From positions 352,001 through 416,000 of the forward strand of contig CBDANC010000015.1 in NCBI GenBank assembly GCA_965197425.1: a stretch of DNA of 64,000 bases. The letters are read 5' to 3'. The notes beneath the pieces are model-generated. The model made no database searches. It was not told the origin of the DNA and was given only the letters and a program-made list of their open reading frames with translations. This DNA is from Bdellovibrionales bacterium (lineage in GTDB: Bacteria > Bdellovibrionota > Bdellovibrionia > Bdellovibrionales > JAUICD01). Positions 60,941-64,000 of this stretch are shown here, piece by piece. The stretch's first letter is position 1. Each line of letters begins with the position of its first letter. The translations under genes were made by a program, and so were the position numbers.

Positions 60941-61013
60941 AGCTTATCCAAAAATATTTTTGTTGTAATAGAAAACTTAGATGCTTAACAGTGGATATAG
61001 TCGTTTTTGTTTA

Positions 61014-61268
61014 TTACCTCTGAATAAGTACTTTTTGAGCAAGGTCTTTTGGTAGAGAAATTTGAAAACCTCCAACATTAAACACTTTAGACTTCCCAAA
61101 AGGTATAGTATGTTCACAAATTATCTCTGATTGTAAATCAAGGCCCATGCCCCTAAGCCTATCAACATGGCCATCTGCAAGACCAGAAAAACCATCAACA
61201 TATCCAGTTTCTTTTTTCTTTAAATCCCAAAGGGATGTTTTTTTATCAACTGAAACTTCCGACATCAT
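61014..61268 (-). CDS. feoA: Ferrous iron transport protein A
   Basis: RLRGMGL motif; upstream of feoB. Confidence 0.75.
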   Translation of the reverse strand: MMSEVSVDKKTSLWDLKKKETGYVDGFSGLADGHVDRLRGMGLDLQSEIICEHTIPFGKSKVFNVGGFQISLPKDLAQKVLIQR

Positions 61269-61451
61269 CGTACCTTAAACATCATCACATCTCATCATTA
61301 CACTTCCAAACAGTATCGTTGTTAAGCCAGTATCGTATCTAACATCAGCTATATGATCATCAAATATTCGATAATTACTACCAGCAAAACCAGAAGAGAC
61401 TAGAGTAAAATTACTTGAAATACAATTTTATTCTGGCTAAAACTTTATGCT

Positions 61452-61721
61452 ATGAAGCGCAAAGGTAGTATAAAGGCCAGGTGCAGTGTTCCATTGCTAG
61501 ATCTTCACGGAGTAACTTCGGATGAGGTTTTTGGTTTATTGGATAAATTTTTGTTAGATGCTATGGATGAAGTTGTGGTAAAGGTGATGCCTGGAAAGGG
61601 TACCGGTGTTGTAAAAAATAAAGTGGTGGAATACTTGGAAGGTGCTGGTTACAAATGGAGCTATGAGCTTAAAGGGGATGGCAACTATAACACTGGCGTT
61701 TTATTGGTTAGAATGGCATAG
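61452..61721 (+). CDS. Smr-domain protein
   Basis: LDLHG, GKGTG. Confidence 0.85.
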   Translation: MKRKGSIKARCSVPLLDLHGVTSDEVFGLLDKFLLDAMDEVVVKVMPGKGTGVVKNKVVEYLEGAGYKWSYELKGDGNYNTGVLLVRMA

Positions 61722-61729
61722 GATCTTTT

Positions 61730-62443
61730 ATGGCAAAGAAATTAACTAAGGAAGATTTAAGCACCAAGGGAATATTGCACAATATTGCTCTAGGGTCTTT
61801 GGCATTTTATCAAAATCACAAAAAACTGGTTATATTTTTGCTAGGATTTTTGGTTCTTGGTGGCATTTTTTTTAAGGTAATGTATGACAAAAAAAAGGGG
61901 GCCCTTCTGGAAGGTTTTAAAGCCCTATATGTACCAATGAGTGAACAAGAAAAAATAACTAAGTTAGAACTTGAAAAGGTAGAAGTAAATAGCCAAGAGA
62001 TTAATATAGAAGAAATAAAGTCTCAGGTGAAACTTGATTATGATAAGCTTCTTAGAGAGGAGCATCCAGATCAGGTTATGATTTTTGCTGCCTTGAATTT
62101 GGCAGATATTCACAGGAAAAATGGTGATATAGATGCCGCCATTTCTGCATTTTCAAATGTAAATTTAGATGGTAAATATTTTTTAAGTGGTCTAGGGGCT
62201 ATGATGTTGGCATCCTTGTATGAAGAGTCTGCTAATTGTGATAGAGCTTTGGAGTTATGGGATGAAGTTATAAAAAAGTTTTCTTTTTTTAGAACTGAAG
62301 CTCTGTTGAAAAAAGCTCTTTGTTTAGAAGATAGTGATATGGAGCAAGCTTTGGATATCTACACTAGGTTGTCGGTCGATTCGCCAGATACTTCTGAAGG
62401 TGTTTTAGCAAAAAAGCTACTTATGATTAAGCGTGGGAAGTAA
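61730..62443 (+). CDS. Membrane-anchored TPR protein (YfgM-like)
   Basis: N-terminal TM helix plus TPR-like helices; precedes BamB-like gene. Confidence 0.7.
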   Translation: MAKKLTKEDLSTKGILHNIALGSLAFYQNHKKLVIFLLGFLVLGGIFFKVMYDKKKGALLEGFKALYVPMSEQEKITKLELEKVEVNSQEINIEEIKSQVKLDYDKLLREEHPDQVMIFAALNLADIHRKNGDIDAAISAFSNVNLDGKYFLSGLGAMMLASLYEESANCDRALELWDEVIKKFSFFRTEALLKKALCLEDSDMEQALDIYTRLSVDSPDTSEGVLAKKLLMIKRGK

Positions 62444-63528
62444 TGAATATATTAAAAATTTTGTTATTAGGCTTACTTTTCGTCTCCTGTATTTCTGCTG
62501 GTGAAAAACCTATGGATGGTATGACAAGAAAGTGGATTAGAAGTACTATAAAACCCCCTTACTTAGGCCCCAAGTTATCTCATTTGATGAGTCCTGTTTT
62601 TTTGAATGAACTTGTAATTCAAGGTAATGGTCACGGCTCTTTGGTAGCTATAGACGCTGATAGTGGTAGGATTTCTTGGAAATTTAATGCTAAGCATGGG
62701 GTACATGGTGCCACTGTCTTGGGGGATAAGTTATTTTTTGGTACAGAAGCAGGTTGGGTTGTTTGCTTGGATAATAAGGGCAACCAACTTTGGGATTTAA
62801 AATTAGAAGCTGGTGTCTATTCAAAGCCTACAATACATGAAAACTTCCTTTATTTATTAACCGGCGATAATGCTGTCTATTCAATAAATCTAGATACTAA
62901 AAACATAACTTGGACTTACAGCCGAAACAGCAATGTTTCTATGAGTGTGTTAGGAAGTAGTTCCCCTATACCCTACAAAGATATTCTGTTGGTAGGCCTT
63001 AGTGATGGGTATCTGGTGACATTAAATCAAAAATCCGGTTTGTTAGTCTGGGAAAAAAAACTTAACACTTCAGATAAGTTTAAAGATATAGATGGGATGG
63101 CTTTGGACGGCGATATGTTGTATGTATCAAATTTTGATGCAGATTTACTTGGTCTTAATGCTAAAGATGGCAGCTTGGTATGGAAGAGCGAGAATTCGGG
63201 AGGAGGTAGTGATCCTACAGTAGCGGAAGATATTGTATTGATCTCATCATCTAACGGCGGCGTAGAGGCACTTAAAAAGGCTACGGGCGAAAAGCTCTGG
63301 ACATTTAAACTAAAATCAGGATTTGCAACAAAACCCCTGGTATCAAGTAACACTGTATATTTTGGCCAGAACAATGGTCCTGTTGTTGGTTTAGATATTA
63401 GAGACGGCAAACAACTGTTTTCTTATGCTGTTTCAGGGACATTGGCAACACCTAGTATATCCGGCAATACTCTTTACCTTATCTCTAATGCAGGTAATTT
63501 GAACGCCATAAACACCAACACTGATTGA
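62443..63528 (+). CDS. PQQ-like beta-propeller lipoprotein (BamB-like)
   Basis: Lipobox FVSC; repeated A.D..G...W blades. Confidence 0.8.
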   Translation: MNILKILLLGLLFVSCISAGEKPMDGMTRKWIRSTIKPPYLGPKLSHLMSPVFLNELVIQGNGHGSLVAIDADSGRISWKFNAKHGVHGATVLGDKLFFGTEAGWVVCLDNKGNQLWDLKLEAGVYSKPTIHENFLYLLTGDNAVYSINLDTKNITWTYSRNSNVSMSVLGSSSPIPYKDILLVGLSDGYLVTLNQKSGLLVWEKKLNTSDKFKDIDGMALDGDMLYVSNFDADLLGLNAKDGSLVWKSENSGGGSDPTVAEDIVLISSSNGGVEALKKATGEKLWTFKLKSGFATKPLVSSNTVYFGQNNGPVVGLDIRDGKQLFSYAVSGTLATPSISGNTLYLISNAGNLNAINTNTD

Positions 63529-63597
63529 TCCTGGTCCAACTAAAGCTAGGGAATTTTCATACTCCGCCAATTCACCTTGTTTCTAGCCTCATTAACC

Positions 63598-63694
63598 TCA
63601 CCTTATCTGGTATATTTTTAATTTTTTCATAAGATATGTTGTCTCTCTTTTTTTAAAAAAAGGAGACAATTGCCAGATCCCGGACTGCCCGATC
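63598..63694 (-). pseudogene. Truncated four-helix-bundle cassette copy F
   Basis: GATCGGGCAGTCCGGGATCTGGCAATTGTCTCCTTTT...GAGACAA leader, then MKKLKIYQIR-stop (63630-63598). Confidence 0.75.
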
Positions 63695-63887
63695 TCTATG
63701 TAGTAGGTACTTCTCCTTACGATAATGGATTGGCTGTGAGGGAGACGCAAAAACATGATATTATTTCTACCTCTGATTTGTCGAAAAAACGGAGGGTTTA
63801 CGGGGGACCTTCCGTAACGTAATTCGTCCAGCAAAAATGGAATAAGTCCCATTGTTTGCTGAACGGGAATCAGTGTTGAGCTTTTAT

Positions 63888-64000
63888 GACCGGGATTGGC
63901 ATCTTGTTCCAGAGCTGGGCATCCACTCGGCTAAAAAATGACTTGGCTACACTTGGACTTCGTCTTGTTCGTTCCGCCAATCCATTTTATTAACCTCATT
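63888..64000 (+). repeat. Modular repeat with type III interior (runs off window)
   Basis: GGGATTGGCATCTTGTTCCAGAGCTGGGCATCCACTCGG...CACTTGGACTTCG. Confidence 0.7.

Noticed and set aside
61270..61440. Fur box or riboswitch upstream of feoA
   Set aside because: Only weak ATC/GATAAT-like matches; no convincing palindrome or known fold
1..64000. tRNA, rRNA or tmRNA genes
   Set aside because: None recognised by eye; tRNAscan/Infernal would be needed to exclude them

Overview
AT-rich bacterial chromosomal segment. Gene content tentatively suggests a Bdellovibrionota/deltaproteobacteria-like organism. It carries mostly housekeeping genes (putA, ribF, rimP-nusA-infB-truB-rpsO-pnp, leuS, rpoH-like sigma, hisS-aspS, wzm-wzt, deoC, nrnA, mgtE, greA, ETF-QO, rpsR, rpmB-rplX, lepA, metK, feoAB, yfgM-bamB-like), three type II TA pairs and two Fic genes. 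No tRNA, rRNA, CRISPR, integrase, transposase or reverse transcriptase was recognised. The standout signal is a dispersed family of small cassettes: five intact copies and one truncated copy of a ~97-aa four-helix-bundle (23S-IVP/Avd-like) gene. Each intact copy lies just downstream of the stop codon of a co-oriented host gene. Each is preceded by an 8-nt or ~7-nt tandem-repeat array and a long hairpin that buries its Shine-Dalgarno, and protein subtype tracks repeat type. Two further miniature repeat families nest inside these cassettes and each other: a modular CCAGAGCTGGG...GAAGACCTTTA element, and a 66-bp hairpin element found in-frame inside one cassette gene. All calls are by eye from the sequence and ORF track; no searches were run.
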